A stretch of DNA of 64,000 nucleotides. Source: Selaginella moellendorffii. Its lineage: Eukaryota > Plantae > Lycopodiophyta. The notes under the pieces are model-generated. The model made no database searches, was not told the origin of the DNA, and worked only from the letters and a program-made list of their open reading frames with translations. Position numbers and translations under genes: made by a program. Numbering within the stretch: the stretch's first letter is position 1; the number at the start of each line of letters is the position of its first letter. The stretch spans positions 1,605,048 to 1,669,047 of the forward strand of contig NW_003314270.1 in assembly GCF_000143415.4 (NCBI RefSeq), written 5' to 3'. This document shows, piece after piece, positions 38,996-50,474 of this stretch.

Positions 38996-41900
38996 TGTGA
39001 GACACAAAATCCCTAGGCCCCAAAAGTGGAGCCGGAAGGGCGCCACATGGTAGTGGCCGAAGCGAGAGCCAAACGAGCGTAACACGTTTGGACCAAAAGC
39101 TCCGACTTGAAAAGTCAAGAGCGGGAGTGGAACTCCCAACGAAGTGCTCGAGGAACGAGCACGAAGCGAGCAAAAGGCGAGGCTCCAAAAAGGGACCCAA
39201 AAGGACCAACACCTGACACGTGGGAGTGTCCGAGATGGACCCGAGTTGGAGTCCGAGATGGAGTCCGAGATGGAGTCCGAGGTGGACCCAAGATGGACCC
39301 GAAATGGAGTCCGAGATGGAGTCCGAGGTGGACCCGAGATGGACCCGAAATGGAGTCCGAGATGGAGTCCGAGGTGGAGTCCGAGGTGGACCCGAGATGG
39401 ACCCGAAATGGAGTCCGAGATGGAGTCCGAGGTGGACCCGAGATGGACCCGAAATGGAGTCCGAGATGGAGTCCGAGATGGACCCGAGATGGGACCCGAG
39501 ATGGAGTCCGAGATGGAGTCCGAGATGGACCCGAGATGGACCCGAGATGGAGTCCGAGATGGAGTCCGAGATGGAGTCCGAGATGGAGTCCGAAGTCGAG
39601 ACCGAGACCGGGACCGAGACCGGGACCGAGACCGAGACCGAGATCGGGACCGAGGCCGAGGCCGAGGCCGAGGCCGAGACCGAGCCCGAGTCCGAGTCCG
39701 AGTCCGAGTCCGAGTCTGGAGCCTGAGAGGGTGAAAGCCCAAAGCGTTCGTCTCCCAGACCCTGGGGGGTTTGGTGAGCTCCAAAAGTATAGTAGGGGGA
39801 GGACTGAAGTGGAGCCAGTTTGGCCAGGAAAGGCCAGTTTGGCCCAGGAAGGCCAGACCCAGTGTTGGGTGATGAACTGACCACTGGGAAGTCCAAGACT
39901 AGAGTGAATACGGACCGACAAGCGGGGTAGCTTGGTGAAGTGTTCAAGAGCCGGCTCTAGTTCCCCCGGGAGATCGACTGGCCGATGCTCCCAGTCCAAG
40001 TGTGGGTGGCACTACCTACTTGGATACCAGGCGTGGCTCAACGGAACCTCGCTCTAAGCCCATGGCTAGAGCACCTAAAGGCGATAGGTGGGGAGAGTAC
40101 CCAGGTGGCTCGCGTAAGGCCACGGTGTTCCGAAATGTCGTCCCAAAGGCCCAGACTATGGAAAGGAAGAGGAGCAATCCTCTGGGGTAGTGACCAAGGA
40201 CACAGTCGTGTGGTGAGGAAGTCCCAGAGGACCGTGGGACTTAGTGGTCGGGCCTGTGGGCCTCGATCCAGTGGCAGTGTTGGCAAACACGGCCAGGGGC
40301 AGAAAGGGACTTGGTAGGAACTGACAAAGGGACTTTGGGGAAGGTGATTCCCCAGGTCTGTGGGCATCCTAAGGATGCTAAGGAGTGGATCTAGGATGAC
40401 CCCTCGTAGACAGATGGCCCAGTCTTGGAGAGACGGGATGGTGATGCAAGTGGTATTGGACCATTTGCGCAGCAAAGGTGAATGGGCATGGCCTTAGCGT
40501 AACGGGCCGAGATGTCAGTGGTACCTTTGGGTGTCGGTCATGGGATCGGACACGTGGAGCACTTGGACCAAGTGCAAAGGTTGAGTGGCATGGATGCCAT
40601 TCTCGGGGCTAGCAAGCCCCAAGTCCTGAATGGGACTTATGGAGGTTGTGAATGAGACTCCTCCAAGTGGTCGGAGGTGTGGTTAAGTGACTAAAGTAGA
40701 ATGGAAAAATTAGTCGCTTACAAGTTGTGAGACACAAAATCCCTAGGCCCCAAAAGTGGAGCCGGAAGGGCGCCACATGGTAGTGGCCGAAGCGAGAGCC
40801 AAACGAGCGTAACACGTTTGGACCAAAAGCTCCGACTTGAAAAGTCAAGAGCGAGAGTGGAACTCCCAACGAAGTGCTCGAGGAACAAGCACAAAGCGAG
40901 CAAAAGGCGAGGCTCCAAAAAGGGACCCAAAAGGACCAACACCTGACACGTGGGAGTGTCCGAGATGGACCCGAGTTGGAGTCCGAGATGGAGTCCGAGA
41001 TGGAGTCCGAGGTGGACCCGAGATGGACCCGAAATGGAGTCCGAGATGGAGTCCGAGGTGGAGTCCGAGGTGGACCCGAGATGGACCCGAAATGGAGTCC
41101 GAGATGGAGTCCGAGGTGGACCCGAGATGGACCCGAAATGGAGTCCGAGATGGAGTCCGAGATGGACCCGAGATGGGACCCGAGATGGAGTCCGAGATGG
41201 AGTCCGAGATGGACCCGAGATGGACCCGAGATGGAGTCCGAGATGGAGTCCGAGATGGAGTCCGAGATGGAGTCCGAAGTCGAGACCGAGACCGGGACCG
41301 AGACCGAGACCGAGATCGGGACCGAGACCGAGACCGAGGCCGAGGCCGAGGCCGAGACCGAGCCCGAGTCCGAGTCCGAGTCCGAGTCCGAGTCCGAGTC
41401 TGGAGCCTGAGAGGGTGAAAGCCCAAAGCGTTCGTCTCCCAGACCCTGGGGGGTTTGGTGAGCTCCAAAAGTATAGTATGGGGAGGACTGCAGTGGAGCC
41501 AGTTTGGCCAGGAAAGGCCAGTTTGGCCCAGGAAGGCCAGACCCAGTGTTGGGTGATGAACTGACCACTGGGAAGTCCAAGACTAGAGTGAATACGGACC
41601 GACAAGCGGGGTAGCTTGGTGAAGTGTTCAAGAGCCGGCTCTAGTTCCCCCGGGAGATCGACTGGCCGATGCTCCCAGTCCAAGTGTGGGTGGCACTACC
41701 TACTTGGATACCAGGCGTGGCTCAACGGAACCTCGCTCTAAGCCCATGGCTAGAGCACCTAAAGGCGATAGGTGGGGAGAGTACCCAGGTGGCTCGCGTA
41801 AGGCCACGGTGTTCCGAAATGTCGTCCCAAAGGCCCAGACTATGGAAAGGAAGAGGAGCAATCCTCTGGGGTAGTGACCAAGGACACAGTCGTGTGGTGA

Positions 41901-42406
41901 GGAAGTCCCAGAGGACCGTGGGACTTAGTGGTCGGGCCTGTGGGCCTCGATCCAGTGGCAGTGTTGGCAAACACGGCCAGGGGCAGAAAGGGACTTGGTA
42001 GGAACTGACAAAGGGACTTTGGGGAAGGTGATTCCCCAGGTCTGTGGGCATCCTAAGGATGCTAAGGAGTGGATCTAGGATGACCCCTCGTAGACAGATG
42101 GCCCAGTCTTGGAGAGACGGGATGGTGATGCAAGTGGTATTGGACCATTTGCGCAGCAAAGGTGAATGGGCATGGCCTTAGCGTAACGGGCCGAGATGTC
42201 AGTGGTACCTTTGGGTGTCGGTCATGGGATCGGACACGTGGAGCACTTGGACCAAGTGCAAAGGTTGAGTGGCATGGATGCCATTCTCGGGGCTAGCAAG
42301 CCCCAAGTCTTGAATGGGACTTATGGAGGTTGTGAATGAGACTCCTCCAAGTGGTCGGAGGTGTGGTTAAGTGACTAAAGTAGAATGGAAAAATTAGTCA
42401 CTTACA
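38996..42406 (+). repeat. Two tandem family-B LTRs (~1.7 kb each) joined by AGT
   Basis: Both run TGTGAGAC...CTTACA; near identical except for a handful of substitutions and minisatellite copy number. Confidence 0.93.
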
Positions 42407-42409
42407 ACT

Positions 42410-42421
42410 TGGTATCAGAGC
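42410..42421 (+). promoter_or_regulatory. Primer-binding site, tRNA-iMet
   Basis: TGGTATCAGAGC, 3 nt (ACT) after the family-B LTR. Confidence 0.92.
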
Positions 42422-42733
42422 GGTCTCGGGTCCGACTTTGTTGGTTGGCTAAGGGAATCACACCACATGTTGATTGACATCTGGCTGGTCTAGTTTGCTC
42501 TCGCTAGGCTCGACCCGAGGGGTAGGGTGTCAAGAGAGCAGGGCTCTCGGGAGAGCTGCAGCTCTCAGCTTCCGTTCACGAGGGCGTGAACTTGCAGGGA
42601 AGTGTGGTGGATTGTAAGCAACCAAAGGGAACGACTTGAGAGACGATCCATGGGGTTCAAATATAGAGGGAAAGGGCCCATGAACAAGAGTGCACCCCCT
42701 TTTCCAATCGGTTAAGGGTCTTGGGATATTTGG

Positions 42734-42789
42734 GGTTAAGCGTCCTTGGGTTTGAATAGTACTGGGCTGGGTGACCTCCCGGGAAGTCC
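42734..42789 (+). promoter_or_regulatory. 5S rRNA-derived Pol III control region in 3' Cassandra LTR
   Basis: Identical to 34864-34919. Confidence 0.9.
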
Positions 42790-43028
42790 AAAACTCAGGA
42801 GCTTACATCCATGTGATGAGAATACCAACTCATCTATAAGTACACCCCCCAACTCCTTAGGTTGTTCCAGCATTTATTAAAGGTAGCCCCGGCTACCATT
42901 TCAAAGACTTGAGTCCTCTTCCGTATTTGACCTCCCACAGTCATTACTTCTGGTCTCACATTCATGAGCACCAACCTCAACTATATGAGGATAATCTTGT
43001 GACTCCTTTATTGCTTTGGAGTCTTTAT

Positions 43029-46000
43029 TGTAAGTGACTAATTTTTCCATTCTACTTTAGTCACTTAACCACACCTCCGACCACTTGGAGGAGTCTCATT
43101 CACAACCTCCATAAGTCCAACTCAGGACTTGGGGCTTGCTAGCCCTGAGAATGGCATCCATGCCACTCAACCTTAGCACTTGGTCCAAGTGCTCCACGTG
43201 TCCGATCCCATGATTGACACCCCAAGGTACCACCGATGTATCGGCCCATTACACTAAGGCCATGCCCAATTACCTTGGTCACACTGGTGGTCCAACACCA
43301 CCTGCATTCAAATCCCGTCTCTCAAAGACTAGGTCATCCGTCCATGAGGGATCATCCCAGATCCACTCCTTAACATCCTTAGGATGCCTACAGACATGGG
43401 GAATAGCCTTCCCCAATATCTCTGTTCCGGTCCCCACCAAGTCCCTTTCTGTCCTTGGCTGTGTTCGCCAACACTGCCACTGGATCAAGGCCCACCGGCC
43501 CGACCACTAAGTCCCACTATCCTCGAGGACTTCCTCACTGTGTGACTGTGTCCTTGGTCACCCCACCAGAGGGCTACCCCTCTTCCTTTCCACAGTCTGG
43601 GACTTTGGGACACCATTTCGGAACACCGTGGCTTTACGCGAGCCACCTGGGTACTCTCCCCACCTTTCACCTTTAGGTGCTCTAGCCATGGGCTTAGAGC
43701 GAGGTTCCATTGAGCCACGCCTGGTATCCAAGTAGGTAGTGCCACCCACACTTGGACTGGGAGCATCGGCCAGTCGATCTCCCGGGGGAACTAGAGCCGG
43801 CTCTTGAACACTTCACCAAGCTACCCTGCTTGTCAGTCCGTGTTCACTCTAGTTTTGGACTTCCCAGTGGGCAGCTCATCACCCAACACTGGGTCTGGCC
43901 TTCTTGGGCCAAACTGGCCTTTTCTGGCCAAACTGGCTCCACTGCAGTCCTCCCCCTAATATACTTTTGGAGCTCACCAAACCCCCCAGGGTCTAGGAGA
44001 CGAACGCTTTGGGCTTTCACCCTCTCAGGCTCCGGACTCGGACTCGGACTCGGACTCGGACTCGAACTCGGACTCGGACTCGGACTTGGGCTTGGGCTCG
44101 GTCTCGGTCTCGGTCCCGATCTCGGTCTCGGTCTCGGTCTCGGTCCCGGTCTCGGTTTTGGTCCCGGTCTCGACTTTGGACTCCATCTCGGGTCCATCTC
44201 GGACTCCAACTCGGACTCCATCTCGGACTCCATCTCGGGTCCATCTCGGGTCCATCTCGGACTCCATCTCGGACTCCACCTCGGACTCCGTCTCGGGTCC
44301 ATCTCGGGTCCCATCTCGGGTCCATCTCGGGTCCATCTCGGGTCCCATCTCGGGTCCCATCTCGGGTCCATCTCGGGTCCATCTCGGACTCCATCTCGGA
44401 CTCCATCTCGGGTCCATCTCGGACTCCATCTCGGACTCCAACTCGGACTCCACTTCGGACTCCAACTCGGGTCCATTTCGGACACTTCCACGTGTCATGT
44501 GTTGGTCCCTTTGGGTCCCTTTTTTGGAGCCTCGCTTATTGCTCGCTTCGTGCTCATTCCTCGAACACTTTGTTGGGAGTTCCACTCCCGCTCTCAACCT
44601 CTCAAGTCGGAGCTTTTAGTCCAAACGTTTTACGCTCGTTTGGCTTTCGCTTCGGCCACTACCACGTGGCACCCCTCCAGCTCCACTCTAGGGCCTAGGG
44701 ACTTTGTTTCTCACAACTCCACCACCCATAGATGAAGTTCGATGTCCTCATCGAACGGTAAACCATTTTATAAAGTAACACCCGCATGTGTTACCATTTC
44801 CATCCTTGGCACCTAGCCAATATTTGTCAAGGGTTTGACATTGAAGGCTCACCATGCCTTTTGCATATTCCTCAATGGTTTGACACTAAAGGCTCACCAT
44901 GCCTTGCCCATCCTCTAAGGAGGGTAGTCTCTCCAACTTAGAGACTGATTGGACCACATGTAGTGGTTCTCTCCTTTTATTGGTTTAGTTCCCGCTAAAC
45001 CTCTTAGAGACCCTTCTCTAATCAATCCCACTACTCCTTCTAGAGTAGTCTTAATTTCCATCTATTGACCGTTTTGCACCTTGAAACTTTTACCCTTTTG
45101 ACTTTTGGAAGTCAATTTCCTAGGTGTCTCCAACACCTTGCATTGCACCGATTGTGGAACTCCACTTCCCTATCCTAGGAAGTTCATTACTTAAGGGCAC
45201 CATCATCCTCTCTTCTATTTCGTGCCACCTTGGGCACTAAGTTCCATTTATCATACTTTGTGCTAGGGCTATCCATGGCCCTATCATTTGGCTACCTTAC
45301 CGCTCCCTCCCTTGGAGCTTCCACTTTTGCCAAATCGAAGCAATTCGGAATCCATCCTTGGAAACACACTTCCTTTCCCGCAATTTGTTAGCGTCCAACA
45401 CATTAGTGTTCCTCGCCTAACTTTGTCACTTGGATTCCTTCCAAGGGATTCCACGGCCCTATCCTGGCCACTCATCTTTTGCTCCTATCCGTTGATTGTT
45501 GCACCCAACAACACCGAATGTCTACCTCCCTCCTTGAGGTATTCCTTTGATTCCATAGCAAGGGCTTTGCTTTTGCCAAGACTAGGGTGTTCACCCTTAG
45601 TAAGTCTCTTTAACACCTTCTGCTGTGGGCTCTATCCACGGCCCAACTTGTGACCCTCCCATGGGTCTCTTATAAAGACTACTTTCCTTGCTCACACTAT
45701 GCCATTGCAATGACATAGCTTACTTCCCTAAGGTGCTTTTCCCACTTGGTCACCTTGACCAAGCCACACCATCATTAATAGTTCAAATCAACATTTTGAA
45801 CTAGGAACCTTATTCCTTAACCCAAACAAAGACTTTGTCCTTATTTATCCACAAGATCACCTAGTGATCTCACCTCGGCACCTTAACAGGTTTGCCAATA
45901 GGTACTTGGTCTTCTAGACCTTCAAATTGTTGACTATAACCCCGGGGGCATCCCCCACACTTGGCGGTGCACCCAAGCCAGCCCTTACGGCCAAGGGTTC

Positions 46001-49000
46001 ATAGCAACTGAGATTAGGTGTCCCCATCTCACTCACCACGTCTTTGGTGCCTCTTGCACCAAAGCGTTCAAGTTAGATATGCTAAGCTTTCACACTAAGC
46101 AATCTAACCGTGCATCACGACTCCGAGGCATCCCTCGCTTGGCGGTGTGCCCAAACCAGTCTCCACACTGAGAGTCCATGACCACCGAAATATGAGTGTC
46201 CTCATATTCCAAACCATCACCACGCCCTAGTGATTTGGGACTCGAACCCAAGCACTAGAGGGTCGGGACTCGAACCCAACCTCCGTATATGCATCTATGG
46301 ACGGCATCACCCAGGATGCCTGGCGTGACTCCCCACGCCGGTGCACCAACTTATACTCAAAGCGCGCTATAGATCACAGCTTAGGAACCTAGTTCCTCCA
46401 CATTGCCAAGTCCTCTCACTTGACAAGTCTGTGATCATGCATGGACTCCTCCATGCTTGGCCCCATGGCCCACCCTTTTTGAAGTTATCACCTTCAACTA
46501 GGGTATTTGTTCCCCTGACTTGCCAATCTCGCTTTGGCAAGTCTTCCGACCACTGTAACATGGTTCCTGCACAAGCGTGAAAGCCCTTGATCATCGACTT
46601 TTGTTCAAAGCCCTCTCTTTGAACACTCGGGAACTACTTCCCTAACCTTGATAGCCTTGCCTCATGGCAAGCTTCAAGACCACGCTTCTGCTGCGCCACT
46701 CTAATTTCGCGCGTGCTTTGAACCATTTACACTTGGCCTTTCTAGGTACTAAGCTACCTAGAATCATCTTTGGGAACCTTGAAGGAACCCTGTCCCTTAG
46801 CTTGCTAAGGCCTCCCTTTTTGCAAGCTTTCCAATTACCATATAGTCTAACATGGACAATTCCATATTTTAGACTCTCCATGGCATCACGGTTGCTAGCG
46901 GTAACACCCTTGAGCCCCCACTTGATTCTCCACTCCCAGCTGGCATAACCAACCTTGGTTATGCCCTTCGATTCTTATGGTTCGGTTCTACCCCCTTACT
47001 TCTTGCTTTTGGCTTCACACCTTTCCTTTGGTCATTCTCCTTCAGACTAGGAGGATAGCTTTGCACTTTCTATCATGCCTTAGCAAGTATTCTTAGGGAT
47101 GAACCTACCCGATAGCCTAGGGAGTGGTTCCTCAATCCAGGTATGCTCACCCTATAATCCCACACACTGAGATTACGTTGTTGCTTATGGGCCTTTACAT
47201 GCCCATCGCTAGCCTTGCCAAAATTCCATTTTTGGCTTTGTCCATTTCGAGTAGACAGTCTTCTCCTGTCTCCGCCACCTTGGACATTTGGATAGCACCT
47301 TTTATCCATCATTCGCTAGGGACTTAGTCCCTTGGGCCTTATCTATTGCCCTCGCAACATCAAACACCACCTCCTAGTGTTCTAAAGCGTTCCGGTGTCC
47401 CAATGACGGCTTCCTTGACAATGAGTATTTTCTTTCATAACATTGACTTACCATATCGCAGCATAAGCAACTTATCCCCCGTAAGGGTATATCCAACTTC
47501 CTTATGCCGTTAAGAAGGCTTGGGTAGCTACCTTCTACCCGTTTAACCAATTATTTTGCACCTCTTGCTTAGTTGCCTTATAGTTGTCAAGTCCTACAAC
47601 TCATTGCTGGTGCTTCCACACCTCCATCATTATCTGGGTCACCACACTCCAACTGCATGCTCTACAACTTAGGCTATGCCATTCCTATTTCCATTGGGAT
47701 TCCTTTGGCAAGGGGTTCTCATGAACCCACCAACATAGCCTCAAGGTACCACACCTTGGCACATTTGGTGTCTCCACACCATCGGCTCCACGAACCTACC
47801 TCTATGACACTTTTTCTTTGTGTCTAAGTTTTTGCCAAGACCAATACCGCTCTTTCTCATGCCAACCATTTGTTAGCACGGCACTATAGAGGTCACACAC
47901 AACTTTGTGTCAAAGTTGTTTTCTATTTGGGAACACCTTTCCCACGACTTTAGCACGGCACATTTTGCCATCGATGAGATACCTTCTGTTCTCATCCTTG
48001 GATCCTATGATCCCCCCCCATCCTTCGTGGGGTACAACACACCTCAATCCAAATGCTTCCATCAATCCTTTAAGATTATTCTTTGACTCTATTGGAGTCA
48101 TCCAGCTTTTTGGACTTTGTCATCCGACGACCCATGAGGTTCTACCTTTGAGGTGCCAGCTCACTGGAATACAACTTCTTGTATTCAGGTCCTACTCACA
48201 AGGACTATCTTTGCAAGTGTTACTCCGACACTTGATTTGTTCTCTTGGGGCAACCTTTTGCCTCTTAGGACCACTTGCCCATGTGATGAGAATACCAACT
48301 CATCCTCTAAGTACATCCCCAACTCCTTGGGTTGTTCCAGCATTTATCAAGGGTAACCTCAGCTACCATTTCGAGGACTTGTGTCCTCTCCTATATTTGA
48401 CCTCCCATGGTCATCAATTCCGGTCTCAAAGTTATGAGCACCGGCCTCAACTACATGAGGGTAATCTTGTGACTCCTTTATTATTTTGGAGTCTACATCT
48501 TTCCCGTGATCCCAATTATAGTTGTTTACCACAACTACATTAGCCCGTTTGCTGCGTCAAACGCTCATCTGGATCACATCCTCAACTCACATTCTCTGAG
48601 GAAACCTTATACTATTCCCAAGATCCCAAAGTCGTTCTATTATTAGCCCTTTTCTATCCACCACATCGTGCCCAAGTTCACGCATGAACTTGAGTGGAGA
48701 GCCATGTCCTCTCGACATGCTACTCCTCAAGGATAGGCCCACTCCTAGGACCTTCCAATGCCAACATCAATGGTGATATACTTGAGCACCAATAAAAGTC
48801 GGACTAAGGAATAGCTCCGATACCAAGTTGTAAGCGACTAATTTTTCCATTCTACTTTAGTCACTTAACCACACCTCCGACCACTTGGAGGAGTCTCATT
48901 CACAACCTCCATAAGTCCAACTCAGGACTTGGGGCTTGCTAGCCCTGAGAATGGCATCCATGCCACTCAACCTTAGCACTTGGTCCAAGTGCTCCACGTG

Positions 49001-49020
49001 TCCGATCCCATGATTGACAC
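43029..49020 (-). mobile_element. Family B copy B2, nested in B1 in the same orientation
   Basis: LTR 43029-44715, complete internal 44716-48828 with PBS TGGTATCGGAGC (minus strand, ~48814-48825), and the first ~190 bp of its other LTR (48829-49020). Confidence 0.88.
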
Positions 49021-50474
49021 GCCTGGTATCCAAGTAGGTAGTGCCACCCACACTTGGACTGGGAGCATCGGCCAGTCGATCTCCTGGGGGAACTAGAGCC
49101 GGCTCTTGAACACTTCACCAAGCTACCCCACTTGTCGGTCCGTGTTCACTCTAGCCTTGGACTTCCCAGTGGTCAGCTCATCACCCAACACTGGGTCTGG
49201 CTTTCCTGGGCCAAACTGGCCTTTCCTGGCCAAATTGACTCCACTGGGGCTCCAACCCCCACACTCTCCCTACTATACTTTTGGAACCCCCCCCACCCCC
49301 CCCCCCCCCCCCCCCCCCCCCCTCCTTAGGGGACGATCGCTTTAGGCTTTCACCCAACTGCCTGTATTAGTATTCAGACTCGGACTCGAACTCAGACTCG
49401 GTCTCGGTCCCGAATTTGGACTCGGACTCGGTCTCGGTTCCATCTCGGACTCCATCTCGGACTCCACTTCGGGTCCATCTCGGATCCATCTCGGACTCCA
49501 TATCAGACTCCATCTCGGACTCCACTTCGGGTCCATCTCAGATCCATCTCGGACTCCATATCGGACTCCATCTTGGACTCCATATCAGACTCCACTTCGG
49601 GTCCATCTCGGACTCCACTTCGGGTCCATCTCGGACTCCAACTCGGGTCCACCTCAGACTCCATCTCGGACACTTCCACATGTCATGTGTTGGTCCTTTT
49701 TGGGTCCCTTTTTGGAGCCTTGCTTATTGCTCGCTTTGTGCTCATTCCTTGAGCACTTTGTTGGGAGTTCCACTCCCGCTCTCGACCTTCCAAGTCAAAG
49801 CTTTTAGTCCAAATGTGTTACACTCGTTTGGCTTTCGCTGCGGCCACTACCACGTGGCACCCTTTCCAGCTCCACTTTGGGGCCTAGGGATTTTGTGTCT
49901 CACACTCCTATCATCATCCATCTACAAAGTACAAATTGGATGACTTGATGTTAGTCTGTTTTCCCCATCTTATGATATATAGTTTTTTAAAGGGCTCCTT
50001 GCTCAATAGAAAGGACTATATCAGGTGTTGTGGCAAGTTAGACCATAAATTTATAAGGTTCAGCATGACATCCAATAAGCCGATCCTCCAGAAATTGTAC
50101 ATATGCAATAGTTAAAACACTTCATACGAAAGGATCAAGAACAACTAATACCACCTACAGATCCACTAATGCCTCATCTTAATGTTCCTCCAGATCCCGG
50201 CCCACTTAGAAGAGAATCTTAATGATCTTCCATTATTCCGAGAGGAGGGGATGATGTGAGGTCCAAATGTGTGGCTACGATGCTGTATACTAATATTATC
50301 ATAGTTGGATTTTTGTAACTGTTAAATTGGTTTTAATTTGGACCACACACTCCTATATATAAGCTAGGGTTTTTGGGCTAACTAATATGCACATTTTCTG
50401 TATTCCCTTTCCATATTCCATGCATTCACAATTTTTGGAATATATTTCAATTGATATGAAAAAAAAGATAAACA

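Larger units (their letters stand above)
34743..42807 (+). mobile_element. Chimeric Cassandra/family-B insertion (element C)
   Basis: Identical 195-bp terminal LTRs (34743-34937, 42613-42807), perfect TSD TCCAT. Interior: PBS, family-B internal (to 38995), B LTR (38996-40722), AGT, B LTR (40726-42406), PBS, ~190-bp TRIM internal, PPT. Confidence 0.93.
29837..49904 (-). mobile_element. Family B (LARD-like) copy B1 with nested insertions
   Basis: Perfect 5-bp TSD CTCCT at 29832-29836 and 49905-49909. LTR 29837-31458; internal 31459-34742 plus 42808-43028; terminal LTR segment to 49904. Confidence 0.9.
19418..50430 (+). mobile_element. Old Ty3/Gypsy LTR retrotransposon (element A), host of the nest
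   Basis: LTRs 19418-19604 and 50255-50430 (TG...CA, strongly diverged), PPT GAGAGGAGGGGATGA before the 3' LTR. Decayed domains in Gypsy order: gag (PKFFHGNPKDDVYHWF ~19970), Zn-knuckle (CWSCDKFGH ~21025), protease (LVDTS ~21345), RT start (IPTGDARPI ~21880), RNase H (~28620), integrase (PFELVAFDLVGPF...YLTRWVEV ~29215). Integrase resumes at 49910 after the nested insert. Confidence 0.85.

Noticed and set aside
34743-42807. Simple nested insertion of family B into a Cassandra element
   Set aside because: That would give LTR-internal-LTR with its own TSD; the observed order is permuted (internal-LTR-LTR) with breakpoints in the PBS.
38895-44735. Many 150-350 aa ORFs on both strands (SDSIS/RTPS/GLHL/MESE repeats)
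   Set aside because: They arise from the stop-poor LTR minisatellite, are open in several frames at once and often use non-ATG starts.
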